64,000 bases of DNA from Candidatus Collierbacteria bacterium RIFOXYD2_FULL_45_13 (lineage in GTDB: Bacteria > Patescibacteriota > Microgenomatia > UBA1400 > MFAQ01). Position numbers and translations under genes: made by a program. Below, one piece after another: positions 9,011-18,257 of the stretch (its first letter is position 1; every line of letters begins with the position of its first letter). The stretch is from contig MFAS01000001.1 of assembly GCA_001774685.1 (NCBI GenBank), positions 543,557 through 607,556 on the forward strand. Direction: 5' to 3'. The notes beneath the pieces are model-generated. The model was given only the letters and a program-made list of their open reading frames with translations. It was not told where the DNA came from and searched no databases.

Positions 9011-10012
9011 ATGTCACCTCATTCGTTTTTATTCAAACTGTGGTTCTTCCCATTCAGCCTAATTAATATGTGGCGTGATTGGTCAAATCGAAATGTCAAT
9101 CGCAATTTTATTGGCTCAAAACTTAAAATCTCTGGAAAAAACATCTGGAAAAAGGGGCCAGATCTCCCAACATACCGATACGAATTTGGATCAGCCCTGG
9201 TTGGTGACAATTTTTACATTATTGGAGGTGTTACTGCGCCAACGGTCTATACAGTGACAAAGCGTGTAGACAGGTACGACATCAAGAGCAAAGAGTGGTC
9301 AAGGGTTTCGAACCATCCTTATATAATCCACCATCCAGGCGTGACAAGTGATCAAAACTTTGTTTACGTTATAGGTGGCAACGGTTTACGGATAAGTTCG
9401 TACTCTATTGCACATAAATATAATCCAGAAACAGATAGATGGCAAAGACTCGCGGACATGCCCACCAAGCGCTGCGCTCTAGGACTAGCTTATCTAGATG
9501 GGAAGATTTACGCTGTTGGTGGTGCAGACAACAAACGGCCACTTTCGGCTTTTGAAGAATACGATGTTGAAAAAAATCAATGGAAAAATCTACCTGACAT
9601 GCCTACTGCTCGGGAGCATCTTTTTTCCGTGACGATACAGAGGTTTGTTTATGTTCTTGGTGGCTATCAGAATGATCGCTTTCACAATGTAAATACGTTC
9701 GAAAGATATAGTATAGGCAGAAAAGTCTGGGAAAAACTAGCTCCACTTCCAGCTAAGATCAGCGGTTTCAGTGCTTGTATTTATGGCAAAAGTATCTTCG
9801 CCTTCGGTGGTGAACAGGGTTGGGCAACGTCAGATGAAATCTACGAATACAAATTAAAAGAAAAAAAGTGGTTTAGAAGAGGAAACATGCCAGCTGCCCG
9901 GTATGCCGGAGCTGTCATTTCGGCTGAAGACGGAATTCATATTGTCGGGGGGAATCCACTTATGATGTCCGGAAAATTCAGCAATGACCATGACATCTTA
10001 ATTCCCCAATGA
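9011..10012 (+). CDS. Kelch-repeat beta-propeller protein
   Basis: Six repeats carrying the Kelch signature: YIIGG, YVIGG, YAVGG, YVLGGY, FAFGG, HIVGG, spaced about 45-50 aa apart. Hydrophobic N-terminus. Confidence 0.6.
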   Translation: MSPHSFLFKLWFFPFSLINMWRDWSNRNVNRNFIGSKLKISGKNIWKKGPDLPTYRYEFGSALVGDNFYIIGGVTAPTVYTVTKRVDRYDIKSKEWSRVSNHPYIIHHPGVTSDQNFVYVIGGNGLRISSYSIAHKYNPETDRWQRLADMPTKRCALGLAYLDGKIYAVGGADNKRPLSAFEEYDVEKNQWKNLPDMPTAREHLFSVTIQRFVYVLGGYQNDRFHNVNTFERYSIGRKVWEKLAPLPAKISGFSACIYGKSIFAFGGEQGWATSDEIYEYKLKEKKWFRRGNMPAARYAGAVISAEDGIHIVGGNPLMMSGKFSNDHDILIPQ

Positions 10013-11148
10013 AGTTTCTGGTCTTTGCCAACACTTATACTTTAATCAGCGGTGGCGACGTTATTTTTGCCGAAATGAGCAAGTTTTGGGGTAGCCTTGG
10101 ACACGAAGTTACAATTGTTACCAACGAAAAAGGAAAAGCTTTTTGTGAGTCTAGAGGCCTAAAAAGAGTTAAGATCATGGTCTGGCCAGCTTCGGATTCT
10201 GATAAATTTGGTTTGATAATCTCTGAACTCTACAAGACACTCACTTCCGTTCTCCGCTCTATTTTTAAAAAACCAGAAAAAGTAGAAATTATCTTCGCCT
10301 CATCCTTTTTTTGGCCGGACATTTTTGCCGGCGTTATCTCCAAACTTAAACACCCCCATGCCAAACTCGTGGTCGGGATCTATCTCTTGTTCCCAAATCC
10401 TTTTGGTAACGTTCGTTATGATGGAGGGTTCACAAAAGCCGTACTACTTTCAATTTCTCAGTCGGTCAGTCTGTTTTTAGTCGATCGTTTTGCTGACATT
10501 GTCCTTACTGCATCCAGACATAAAAAAGAATTACTTCACAACAGTCGGCAACTCCACAAGCACACTGTTGTTTCTATCAGAGGAGGGATAGACTTGAAAA
10601 GCATCTCCAGAGTCAAAAGACAACCTAAAAAATATGACTGTGTTTACTTTGGCCGCTTCCATTCTCAAAAGGGGCTCTTCGACTTGCTGGATGTTTGGAG
10701 AGACGTCCTTGAAAGTAAACCAGAAAGCAAGTTGTTGCTTGCTGGCGGTGGGCCTTTGGAAAATGAAATTAGAGAGAAAGCTGATAGGCTCAAGATCCTA
10801 GATTCAATCACCTTCAGTGGCTTAGTTTCAGGATCAAAAAAATATCGCCTTTTGAAATCAGCCAAGATTTTCATTTCCGCATCAAGGTTTGACACTGGCA
10901 ATCTCGCTCTAGATGAAGTACTTGCATGTGGTACCCCTGGAGTAGTTTTTGATCTCCCACATCTTCACTATGAGGAGGGTGTTATCAAGGTACCAGTTGG
11001 GGACAATAAAAAGATGGCTGAACGTGTCGTAGAGCTATTAAACGATCCTTCAAGAAGGGAAAATCTCGGAAATAAGGGTCGGGGTTTCATCAGGCAGTTT
11101 GAGTGGGGCAAGGTGTCCGCCAAAGTCCTATCATTGTTTGGGTCGTGA
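10009..11148 (+). CDS. glycosyltransferase family 4 (GT-B, GT1/GT4-like)
   Basis: FGRFHSQKGLFDLL...LLAGGGP...DEVLACGTPGVV matches the GT4 C-terminal donor-binding region. Confidence 0.55.
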   Translation: MKFLVFANTYTLISGGDVIFAEMSKFWGSLGHEVTIVTNEKGKAFCESRGLKRVKIMVWPASDSDKFGLIISELYKTLTSVLRSIFKKPEKVEIIFASSFFWPDIFAGVISKLKHPHAKLVVGIYLLFPNPFGNVRYDGGFTKAVLLSISQSVSLFLVDRFADIVLTASRHKKELLHNSRQLHKHTVVSIRGGIDLKSISRVKRQPKKYDCVYFGRFHSQKGLFDLLDVWRDVLESKPESKLLLAGGGPLENEIREKADRLKILDSITFSGLVSGSKKYRLLKSAKIFISASRFDTGNLALDEVLACGTPGVVFDLPHLHYEEGVIKVPVGDNKKMAERVVELLNDPSRRENLGNKGRGFIRQFEWGKVSAKVLSLFGS

Positions 11149-11165
11149 CTGGTAGAATATTGTTT

Positions 11166-11939
11166 ATGCGCCCAGTAATAATCGTTTCCGGTGCCTCCTC
11201 ATCACTTGGAGTCATTCTATGTCAAGAATTGGTGGAAAATGGGTACAAAGTTTATGCTGGATACCATTTTAATCGGGCGAAAATTCTAAGAAATCAATAT
11301 ATAGTGCCAATCAAGCTCGACATCACCAGCTCTGATTCATGCAAAAAGGCCATCTCTAAGACAATATCCAAAGAAAAGTCATTTTTTGCTCTCATAAATC
11401 TGGTAGCTATCAGCCCATCTGGAGAAACTCTAGATTTCTCGGTCAGTGATTTTCAAAAAATTCTAGACGTCAATGTAGTTGGATCCTTCAGACTAATTCA
11501 CGAAGTTTTGCCAAAGTTGCCCAAGAACGGCAGAATTATAAATATCGGGTCTCTCAGTGGTCTGATCAGTTTTCCCAAATTCAGTCTCTACTCAGCCTCA
11601 AAATTTGCTTTAAGAGCCATGAGTTTGAGTTTATATTACGAATGGTTGCCGAAAAGAAGATACGTTATCCACATCGCCCCAGGAGCAATTACCAAGTTTC
11701 CTGTTTCACCTCCTCCACCGGGTTCAGCAAGAGATAGAATTCCAGCACTAAAATGGATACTCCCACTGGTCACACCTCAAAAAGTGAGTCAGAAAATTAT
11801 TGCCTGCTTAAAAGACCCCAATCCCCCAGCTGAAATCTTGATTGGGATTGATACTTTGATACTGACTGTCATAAAGCGGTTTTCGCCAGAAATTTTATGG
11901 AATAGTATCCAAAACTTTGTATGGAAAAAACAGCAATAA
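11166..11939 (+). CDS. short-chain dehydrogenase/reductase (SDR) family oxidoreductase
   Basis: VSGASSSLG (TGxxxGxG-type) and YSASKFAL (YxxxK catalytic dyad). ATG at 11166 follows the previous stop; the track GTG at 11103 overlaps the upstream gene. Confidence 0.6.
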   Translation: MRPVIIVSGASSSLGVILCQELVENGYKVYAGYHFNRAKILRNQYIVPIKLDITSSDSCKKAISKTISKEKSFFALINLVAISPSGETLDFSVSDFQKILDVNVVGSFRLIHEVLPKLPKNGRIINIGSLSGLISFPKFSLYSASKFALRAMSLSLYYEWLPKRRYVIHIAPGAITKFPVSPPPPGSARDRIPALKWILPLVTPQKVSQKIIACLKDPNPPAEILIGIDTLILTVIKRFSPEILWNSIQNFVWKKQQ

Positions 11940-12967
11940 ACAAAAACCCCAGCGTGTCAGTTGTCATTGCCACTTATAACTCAGGTAAGACTCTGGGAAA
12001 GTGTCTGTCTCGAGTGAGATCACAGAACTATCCCCAATCTAAGATTGAAATTCTTCTGGGTGATGGTGGATCCACCGATAATACTTTTGAGATTGCTAAA
12101 AAATACAAGGCAAGAATAATTAAAATTCCTGCCAATAAGCAAAACGCAGAATATAACCGTGGAACCGCTTTTAATAAAGCCAAAAACGATCTCGTGTTGA
12201 TTCTTGATCATGACAACTTTATGACAACCAAAAATTACTTGAGAGAGTTAGTTCTGCCTCTGGTAGAAAATCCTGAAATTGTTGCCTCAGAAAGTTGTTA
12301 CTATCATTACAGTAAGAAGTATTCATTACTTGACAGATACTATGCTCTTTTTGGCACTATTGAGCCTGTCCCTTTTTATTTTGGGAAGGCTGACAAATTG
12401 ATGTGGACATCAAAAAAATGGAACCTGCATGGTAAGTCAACAGATTGTGGTAAATACTACCTGGTGGAATTTGAGGATAATCCAAAGATTTTCCCGACCA
12501 TAGGCACAAATGGGTGTCTGATGCGTAGAAAGTTAGTCGTCAGAAACGCTGATGTAAGACCTGACCATCACTTCCCAATCGATGTTATGGTTGATGTGGT
12601 TAAATCTGGTCATAATAAATTTGCTTTTGTTAAGAATTCTTTGATTCATCTCACTGGCACTAGGGGAGTGTTGACTTTCTTAAAGAGGCGGGTCATGTTC
12701 GTCGAGAAATATCATTTTGCTGACGGCCCTCAAAGAAGGTACAGCGTTTATATGCCTGGAGACCAGTGGAATTTAGTTAAATTTATTTTCTACAGCCTAA
12801 CCTTCATAAAACCCACTTACGACGCCTTGGTGGGATACATAAAAATTCCTGATCCTGCTTGGTTTGTTCATCCTCTTATGTGTTTTGGAATTACCTTCTC
12901 CTACGGGTGGGGAACAATAAAAAGTATATTTAAATACAAGCGATTATTTACCAATAATAATTTATGA
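11921..12967 (+). CDS. glycosyltransferase family 2
   Basis: VSVVIATYNSGKTL...EILLGDGGSTDNT, then LILDHDN (DxD-like). Confidence 0.6.
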   Translation: MEKTAINKNPSVSVVIATYNSGKTLGKCLSRVRSQNYPQSKIEILLGDGGSTDNTFEIAKKYKARIIKIPANKQNAEYNRGTAFNKAKNDLVLILDHDNFMTTKNYLRELVLPLVENPEIVASESCYYHYSKKYSLLDRYYALFGTIEPVPFYFGKADKLMWTSKKWNLHGKSTDCGKYYLVEFEDNPKIFPTIGTNGCLMRRKLVVRNADVRPDHHFPIDVMVDVVKSGHNKFAFVKNSLIHLTGTRGVLTFLKRRVMFVEKYHFADGPQRRYSVYMPGDQWNLVKFIFYSLTFIKPTYDALVGYIKIPDPAWFVHPLMCFGITFSYGWGTIKSIFKYKRLFTNNNL

Positions 12968-13656
12968 ACATAGAAAGATATGCGCAAGTTGCCCCTCAGG
13001 CTTACACTGGTGAAATCCCCGGATTGTTGCGAAACCTGTTGTTGTCCAATCATTTTCCAACCATTCTTGACTGTGGTTGCGGCGACGGCTCTCTAGTGCA
13101 CGCGATTCTTAAAACAGGCCTGGTTAAGAGCTCAACCATCTTCGCCATCGACCTATCCAAAAGTAGGATCAATCTAATCAAAAAAATCTCTTCGAAAATT
13201 AAAGCTGCTGTTGATAGTGCTGAAACGCTCAAAACTATCAAGTCAAACTCAATAGATCTCTTGGTTACTACTCAGGTTATAGAACATGTAGACGACAAAA
13301 AAATGACAGCCGCCATGAAGAGAGTTGTCAAAAAAGGTGGAGTAGTTTACTTGTCCACTGTTTATAAAAAATGGTATGGGTGGTATTTTTACAAAAATGA
13401 TATTGGTTGGGTGATTGACCCGACGCATTTGAGAGAATACTCAAGTGATTTCCAGTTAATAAACATTTTAAATAAGGATTTTACGGTCATGGTCAACCAA
13501 AAGACGCTTCAATGGTTTCCTGTCGTCGACTTTTTCAGTAAAAGAGTCAAACTAGGTGGGAAGAGAAGAGATGGTGTTATTTGGAAAATCCTCAGATCTA
13601 TCAGAATTCCTGTCTTTGGTTATTACAACTGGGAGATTGTGTTGGTGAAGAAATAA
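12964..13656 (+). CDS. class I SAM-dependent methyltransferase
   Basis: Motif I ILDCGCGDGSLV. Confidence 0.55.
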   Translation: MNIERYAQVAPQAYTGEIPGLLRNLLLSNHFPTILDCGCGDGSLVHAILKTGLVKSSTIFAIDLSKSRINLIKKISSKIKAAVDSAETLKTIKSNSIDLLVTTQVIEHVDDKKMTAAMKRVVKKGGVVYLSTVYKKWYGWYFYKNDIGWVIDPTHLREYSSDFQLINILNKDFTVMVNQKTLQWFPVVDFFSKRVKLGGKRRDGVIWKILRSIRIPVFGYYNWEIVLVKK

Positions 13657-13658
13657 GT

Positions 13659-14174
13659 TTATCTTCTCAAGTTAATGTAATATGGACGGGGATTTGAGAA
13701 AAGAACATCAATAATGTCTGGTATGCTTTCCTTGTTTTCCGGCCACATTGATATTATATTTGGAAAGAGCGACATCACCTTTCTATCTTCTTCGGACCAA
13801 TGCGAAAAACCATCATGTCCATAGTCTTTATCTCTTCCTCCACCTGCCATAATTACTGGCACATTTTCCCGATTAATATAGTTTCTAATTGTCTCGAACG
13901 GTCTATATAAGAGAAATGGTGTGATTGAATAAGTTACAGGCACCATTCCTTGATATGCCAAACCAATCGAGACACCCATCATCGCCTGTTCTGCCGCTCC
14001 AACATTTACGAACCTTTCGGGAAAATCTCTTTTTATTTTATCAAACATGCCAAATCCTAAGTCTCCAGTCACCAACCAGATTTTATTATTATCCGTCATT
14101 TTCCGATGCAGTTCATAAGCAAACCAGCCACGCATACTCTCGTGTCTATCTTTAGGTGTTAATCTTTCGACCAT
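13659..14174 (-). CDS. transketolase C-terminal-section subunit (pyrimidine-binding domain only; short)
   Basis: …FVNVGAAEQAMMGVSIGLAYQGMVPV…IMAGGGRDKDYGHDGFSHWSEED matches the Transket_pyr domain. At 171 aa it lacks the usual C-terminal domain. Confidence 0.6.
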   Translation of the reverse strand: MVERLTPKDRHESMRGWFAYELHRKMTDNNKIWLVTGDLGFGMFDKIKRDFPERFVNVGAAEQAMMGVSIGLAYQGMVPVTYSITPFLLYRPFETIRNYINRENVPVIMAGGGRDKDYGHDGFSHWSEEDRKVMSLFPNIISMWPENKESIPDIIDVLFSNPRPYYINLRR

Positions 14175-14869
14175 ATGTCAAGAGCTTGTTTATAATCTGC
14201 CTCTGTCATCTTGTGATAATGTGCCGACAGGCCATTTAAAAAAGGCAATTGATCAACTTTTGTCCTGGCGAATACGACTAGGGGAATTTCGGTATCTAGG
14301 GTTAAACCTTCAATAAGACTATCAATATTGTGTCCGTCAACATCTGCCACGTCACAGCCAAAGGCATGAAATTTCGGTATTAGTTTTTCCGAGTCAATCT
14401 CATCGTAGCCGGCGTAGCCATTTGCATTTACGGCAATTTTTAGGTTCTTGAGTTTATATCTCGATGCAATGGAAACGGCTTCCCAGATACTACCTTCCGC
14501 ACACTCACCGTCAGAGATACAACAGTAGATATTTTTCGATCGATCCGCCAGTGCAATTCCGACGGCTACGGGTAAACCCTGTCCCAAACTGCCAGTGGAC
14601 ATTTCAATATCAAGCTTGGGATTCCTTTCAGGGTGAATGCCAAGCTCAGCAATTTTCGGATCGGAAAGGTACCCCATATTTTCGAGGACGACATAGAGGG
14701 CACATGCTGCATGGCCGTTACTTAGAATGAACTTCTCACCCCTTTTTTTAATCCTATAGATCGCATCAATTATGTCTACGGAAGATAGTGCCGACCCTAG
14801 ATGGGTAGCATCTGCCTCACGCGTAAGCTCGATGATTCTTCTTCTATGGTTTATTTGTTCTTTTTGCAT
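14159..14869 (-). CDS. transketolase N-terminal-section subunit (ThDP-binding)
   Basis: …HLGSALSSVDI…SNGHAACALY…SDGECAEGSIWEA… (ThDP-binding GDG-type motif). Confidence 0.65.
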   Translation of the reverse strand: MQKEQINHRRRIIELTREADATHLGSALSSVDIIDAIYRIKKRGEKFILSNGHAACALYVVLENMGYLSDPKIAELGIHPERNPKLDIEMSTGSLGQGLPVAVGIALADRSKNIYCCISDGECAEGSIWEAVSIASRYKLKNLKIAVNANGYAGYDEIDSEKLIPKFHAFGCDVADVDGHNIDSLIEGLTLDTEIPLVVFARTKVDQLPFLNGLSAHYHKMTEADYKQALDIWSKD

Positions 14870-15710
14870 CTATTACGCTTTTTATTCCTTTTTGAAGATT
14901 GGTGTTGACTTTCCACCCAAGCGCCCTTAGTTTATCATTATTGGCTACCCAGCTGGTAACCGTGTCAAAACTCCTAATGTTACCCGTTTCTTCAATGTTA
15001 ATTGTTATACCACAAAGTTCCTGAACGAGAGAAACAATTTTCTCATTGGAATACTGTACTCCAGAACCAATATTTACGACCTCCCCAGACAACAGTTTTG
15101 CGTTTTCTGAGACACTTATCACGCCTTCAACAAAATCATCTATATATATCCAGTCATGAACCCCAGGAGCAAGCTTGAGCTTGTCTCCGGTTAAGCAACA
15201 CCTGATCACGGTTGGCAAAAAGCGATGTTCCGCCTCATTGGGTCCATATACCGAAAACGGTCTGACTGTTACGGCAGGTAGTCCAAACTCAGACGCGTAA
15301 GCTCTGACCAAGTAGGTAGCCCCAACCTTCGTGGCCCCATATAAAGTTTTAGTCTCTGGCAGCATATCCTCCCGCATTGGTTTGTTTTTTGTCCCATATT
15401 CACTTGAGGATCCCATGTTCACAAAAGAGTCTATCTTGGTGGTTTTGACTGCCTCAAGGAGGTTAAAAGTGCCAAGCAAATTCGCTCCAAATATACCACC
15501 AGGCTCTTTTTGGTTATAGTGATTTCCATAAGCCGCCAGGTGATAGACAGAGCTGGGTTTAAATTTGTTGATTGTATTCTTAAGGGCATCGGGAAGGCTA
15601 AGCAATGCCCTGTCGAGCTTTAGCACCTGAACACCTCTAGCCTCAAGCGTTTCCGCTAGCCTTGAACCTATGAATCCATTCGCTCCAGTGATTACAGCTT
15701 TTTCTTTCAT
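14844..15710 (-). CDS. NAD-dependent epimerase/dehydratase family protein
   Basis: N-terminal ITGANGFIGSRL Rossmann motif and YGATK (YxxxK). Confidence 0.65.
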   Translation of the reverse strand: MKEKAVITGANGFIGSRLAETLEARGVQVLKLDRALLSLPDALKNTINKFKPSSVYHLAAYGNHYNQKEPGGIFGANLLGTFNLLEAVKTTKIDSFVNMGSSSEYGTKNKPMREDMLPETKTLYGATKVGATYLVRAYASEFGLPAVTVRPFSVYGPNEAEHRFLPTVIRCCLTGDKLKLAPGVHDWIYIDDFVEGVISVSENAKLLSGEVVNIGSGVQYSNEKIVSLVQELCGITINIEETGNIRSFDTVTSWVANNDKLRALGWKVNTNLQKGIKSVIDAKRTNKP

Positions 15711-15779
15711 ACTAGATTGATACAGTATTATAGAATAGAATATTGTCGAAAGGTACTAATATTAGAAGGTATTTGATAT

Positions 15780-16682
15780 ATGAATAAAACCATAAATAGT
15801 GAATGCTCAATATGCGGAGATACCGATAATTTTAGTATTTTTTATAGGAAAAATTTTAACTATAGGCGACACTTAACCACAAAGGTGTTTTCAGCTAGAA
15901 GAATGCCAGATAAAATTCACGGAACAATTGTCCGGTGTAATATCTGCGGTTTGGTCAGGTCGCTGGAAGTCATTGACAGAAAGAAACTCAATAAACTGTA
16001 TGAAGACAGCCACTTTACCTATAATTCTATGACTGACAAGCTAAGTCAAACATACGGCCATATTCTCAAAGAGGCAGGAAAATTTGTTCCCTCCAAGGGT
16101 GCTTTTTTGGAAATTGGTTGCGGGAACGGCTTTATGCTTGAAGAGGCAAGAAAATTGGGCTATAAGGTCGTAAGGGGAATCGAGCCGAGCATTGACGCCA
16201 TCGCAAATGCAGAAAAATCGGTAAAGAACCATATAGTTAATAGCATATTAGAAGCAGACACCTTCAATAAATTAAAGTTCGATCTAATCTGTGCTTTTCA
16301 GGTCTTTGACCATATCCCGGACCCAAACAATTTTTTGGCAATATGCAATAAATTACTAAAGCCAAAAGGCATATTATTATTAATGAACCATGACGTTAAG
16401 TCCGCTTCGGCAAAAGTATTGGGTGAGCGAAGTCCGATATTTGATATCGAACACACCTACTTATATGATCAGGATACGATAAAAATGATTTTAATTAAAA
16501 ACGGATTCGGTATTAAGAAGGTATATTCTCCGAAAGCTTTGATGTCTCTCCGATACATAGCTCGACTACTCCCTTTTCCAAAGAAAATCAAGGAAATTAT
16601 TTCAGGTTTAAAATTCCCACTTTTTGACACGACGGTTCAGTTTCATCCCGGCAATCTTAGTGCGATAGCGTTTAAAAAATAA
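15780..16682 (+). CDS. SAM-dependent methyltransferase with N-terminal zinc-ribbon (sugar C-/O-methyltransferase-like)
   Basis: CSICGD...CNICG zinc ribbon followed by LEIGCGNGFML motif I. Architecture resembles TylCIII-type NDP-hexose methyltransferases. Confidence 0.5.
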   Translation: MNKTINSECSICGDTDNFSIFYRKNFNYRRHLTTKVFSARRMPDKIHGTIVRCNICGLVRSLEVIDRKKLNKLYEDSHFTYNSMTDKLSQTYGHILKEAGKFVPSKGAFLEIGCGNGFMLEEARKLGYKVVRGIEPSIDAIANAEKSVKNHIVNSILEADTFNKLKFDLICAFQVFDHIPDPNNFLAICNKLLKPKGILLLMNHDVKSASAKVLGERSPIFDIEHTYLYDQDTIKMILIKNGFGIKKVYSPKALMSLRYIARLLPFPKKIKEIISGLKFPLFDTTVQFHPGNLSAIAFKK

Positions 16683-16683
16683 T

Positions 16684-17625
16684 ATGAGAAAAACGGAGAC
16701 TCTCACTGCTATTATTGCCTGCTACAGAGACGGGCAGGCCATTCCAGTGATGTACGAGAGGCTAAAAAAGACTTTTAAGAAGATTGGTGTCGGCTACGAA
16801 ATAATATTCGTAAACGATGGCAGCCCTGACGATAGCAAACTGGTTTTAGATAAAATTACCAAGAAAGACGGGAACGTTGTCGCCATCACCCACAGTAGAA
16901 ACTTCGGTTCACAAATGGCCTTTTCAAGCGGTATGAACATTGCCACAGGAGACGCTGTAATACTCCTTGATGGAGACCTACAAGACCCTCCGGAGATAAT
17001 CTCTGATTTTTACAAAAAATGGAAAGAGGGCTTTGACGTTGTGTATGGAATTCGTGTTAAGAGAGAGGCATCAAATTTCATGCAAGTGGCATATAAGATG
17101 TTTTACCGTCTTTTCCAAAAACTTTCATATATTCATGTACCCCTCGATGCCGGAGATTTTTCGTTGATGGATAAGAAAGTCGTAAGAGCAATCAACACAT
17201 TGCCGGAAAAGGATAGGTTCCTTAGAGGACTGCGCGCTTGGGTGGGTTTCAAACAAACCGGCATTCCCTATATCAGGCCGGAGAGACTCTTTGGTAAAAC
17301 CACCAACAGCTTGCATAAAAACTTCGGATGGGCACGTAAGGGAATATTTTCCTTTTCTTATGTCCCGCTTGAATTGATTACTTATATTTCTTTGGCTGTT
17401 GCTCTGCTTTCGATGGTTGGAATTGTCATTGAAATTATACTTAAAATATTCTTTCCTGATACACCTAGAGGCGTGCCAATTACTCTGGTCACGATTCTGT
17501 TTCTGGGCAGCATGCAATTACTATTTATAAGTGTAATTGGCGAATATGTTGGAAAAATTTTCGAGGAGGTTAAGAATCGTCCTATGTACATTGTCAAAGA
17601 TATTGTCAACAAACCAAAAAAATAG
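16684..17625 (+). CDS. polyprenyl-phosphate glycosyltransferase (GtrB/ArnC/CsbB-like GT2 with C-terminal TM helices)
   Basis: AIIACYRD...IIFVNDGSPDDS...ITHSRNFGSQMA...LLDGDLQDPPE, plus two C-terminal TM helices. This is the GtrB/ArnC signature. Confidence 0.65.
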   Translation: MRKTETLTAIIACYRDGQAIPVMYERLKKTFKKIGVGYEIIFVNDGSPDDSKLVLDKITKKDGNVVAITHSRNFGSQMAFSSGMNIATGDAVILLDGDLQDPPEIISDFYKKWKEGFDVVYGIRVKREASNFMQVAYKMFYRLFQKLSYIHVPLDAGDFSLMDKKVVRAINTLPEKDRFLRGLRAWVGFKQTGIPYIRPERLFGKTTNSLHKNFGWARKGIFSFSYVPLELITYISLAVALLSMVGIVIEIILKIFFPDTPRGVPITLVTILFLGSMQLLFISVIGEYVGKIFEEVKNRPMYIVKDIVNKPKK

Positions 17626-17627
17626 TC

Positions 17628-18254
17628 ATGATAAGAAAAATTCTCCACAATTTAGCCGAAAACCCGATCCTATTTGAAATTTTTGAGAAAATCTTTGGGG
17701 CAGATGATGAAAAGATGAAGATATATAGGCAGGCGTTCCACAACGGGAACCGTTTACTTGATTTTGGATGCTCTACCGGAAACACCACAAAGGCTTTCTT
17801 GGATTTTGATTATTATGGCATAGACTTGGACGAAGGTTGTATAAAATATGCTCAAAACAGGTGGAAAAAACATTCCAACGTTAAATTTTTCGCCAAAGAC
17901 ATTTTTAAAAAGCCTTTCAAAAAAGAGTACTTTGATTATGTTCTGTTTGCCGGGACAGGCCACCACATCCCCGATGAGTTATTTGTTCCAATAGTAAAAG
18001 AGTTAGCGTATGTTTTGAAAAAGGGAGGTGAAATTTGGTTCTATGATATTCTAAAACCCAGTAAGTCCAGCCCTTTACTTGCTAAGGTGCTTGCATCTCT
18101 CGATAGGGGTCGATTTATCAGAACTGCCAAGCAATATGACCGTATCTTTTCCGGACTTAAGTTTATTAAAATAGCTGAGAGCAAAGTAATAAAAGTAACC
18201 AATACGTTGATCCCACAAGAAGATTACTGTTTCTACCGTCTAAAGAAAGTTTAG
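17628..18254 (+). CDS. class I SAM-dependent methyltransferase
   Basis: Motif I LLDFGCSTGNTT. Confidence 0.5.
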   Translation: MIRKILHNLAENPILFEIFEKIFGADDEKMKIYRQAFHNGNRLLDFGCSTGNTTKAFLDFDYYGIDLDEGCIKYAQNRWKKHSNVKFFAKDIFKKPFKKEYFDYVLFAGTGHHIPDELFVPIVKELAYVLKKGGEIWFYDILKPSKSSPLLAKVLASLDRGRFIRTAKQYDRIFSGLKFIKIAESKVIKVTNTLIPQEDYCFYRLKKV

Positions 18255-18257
18255 CCG

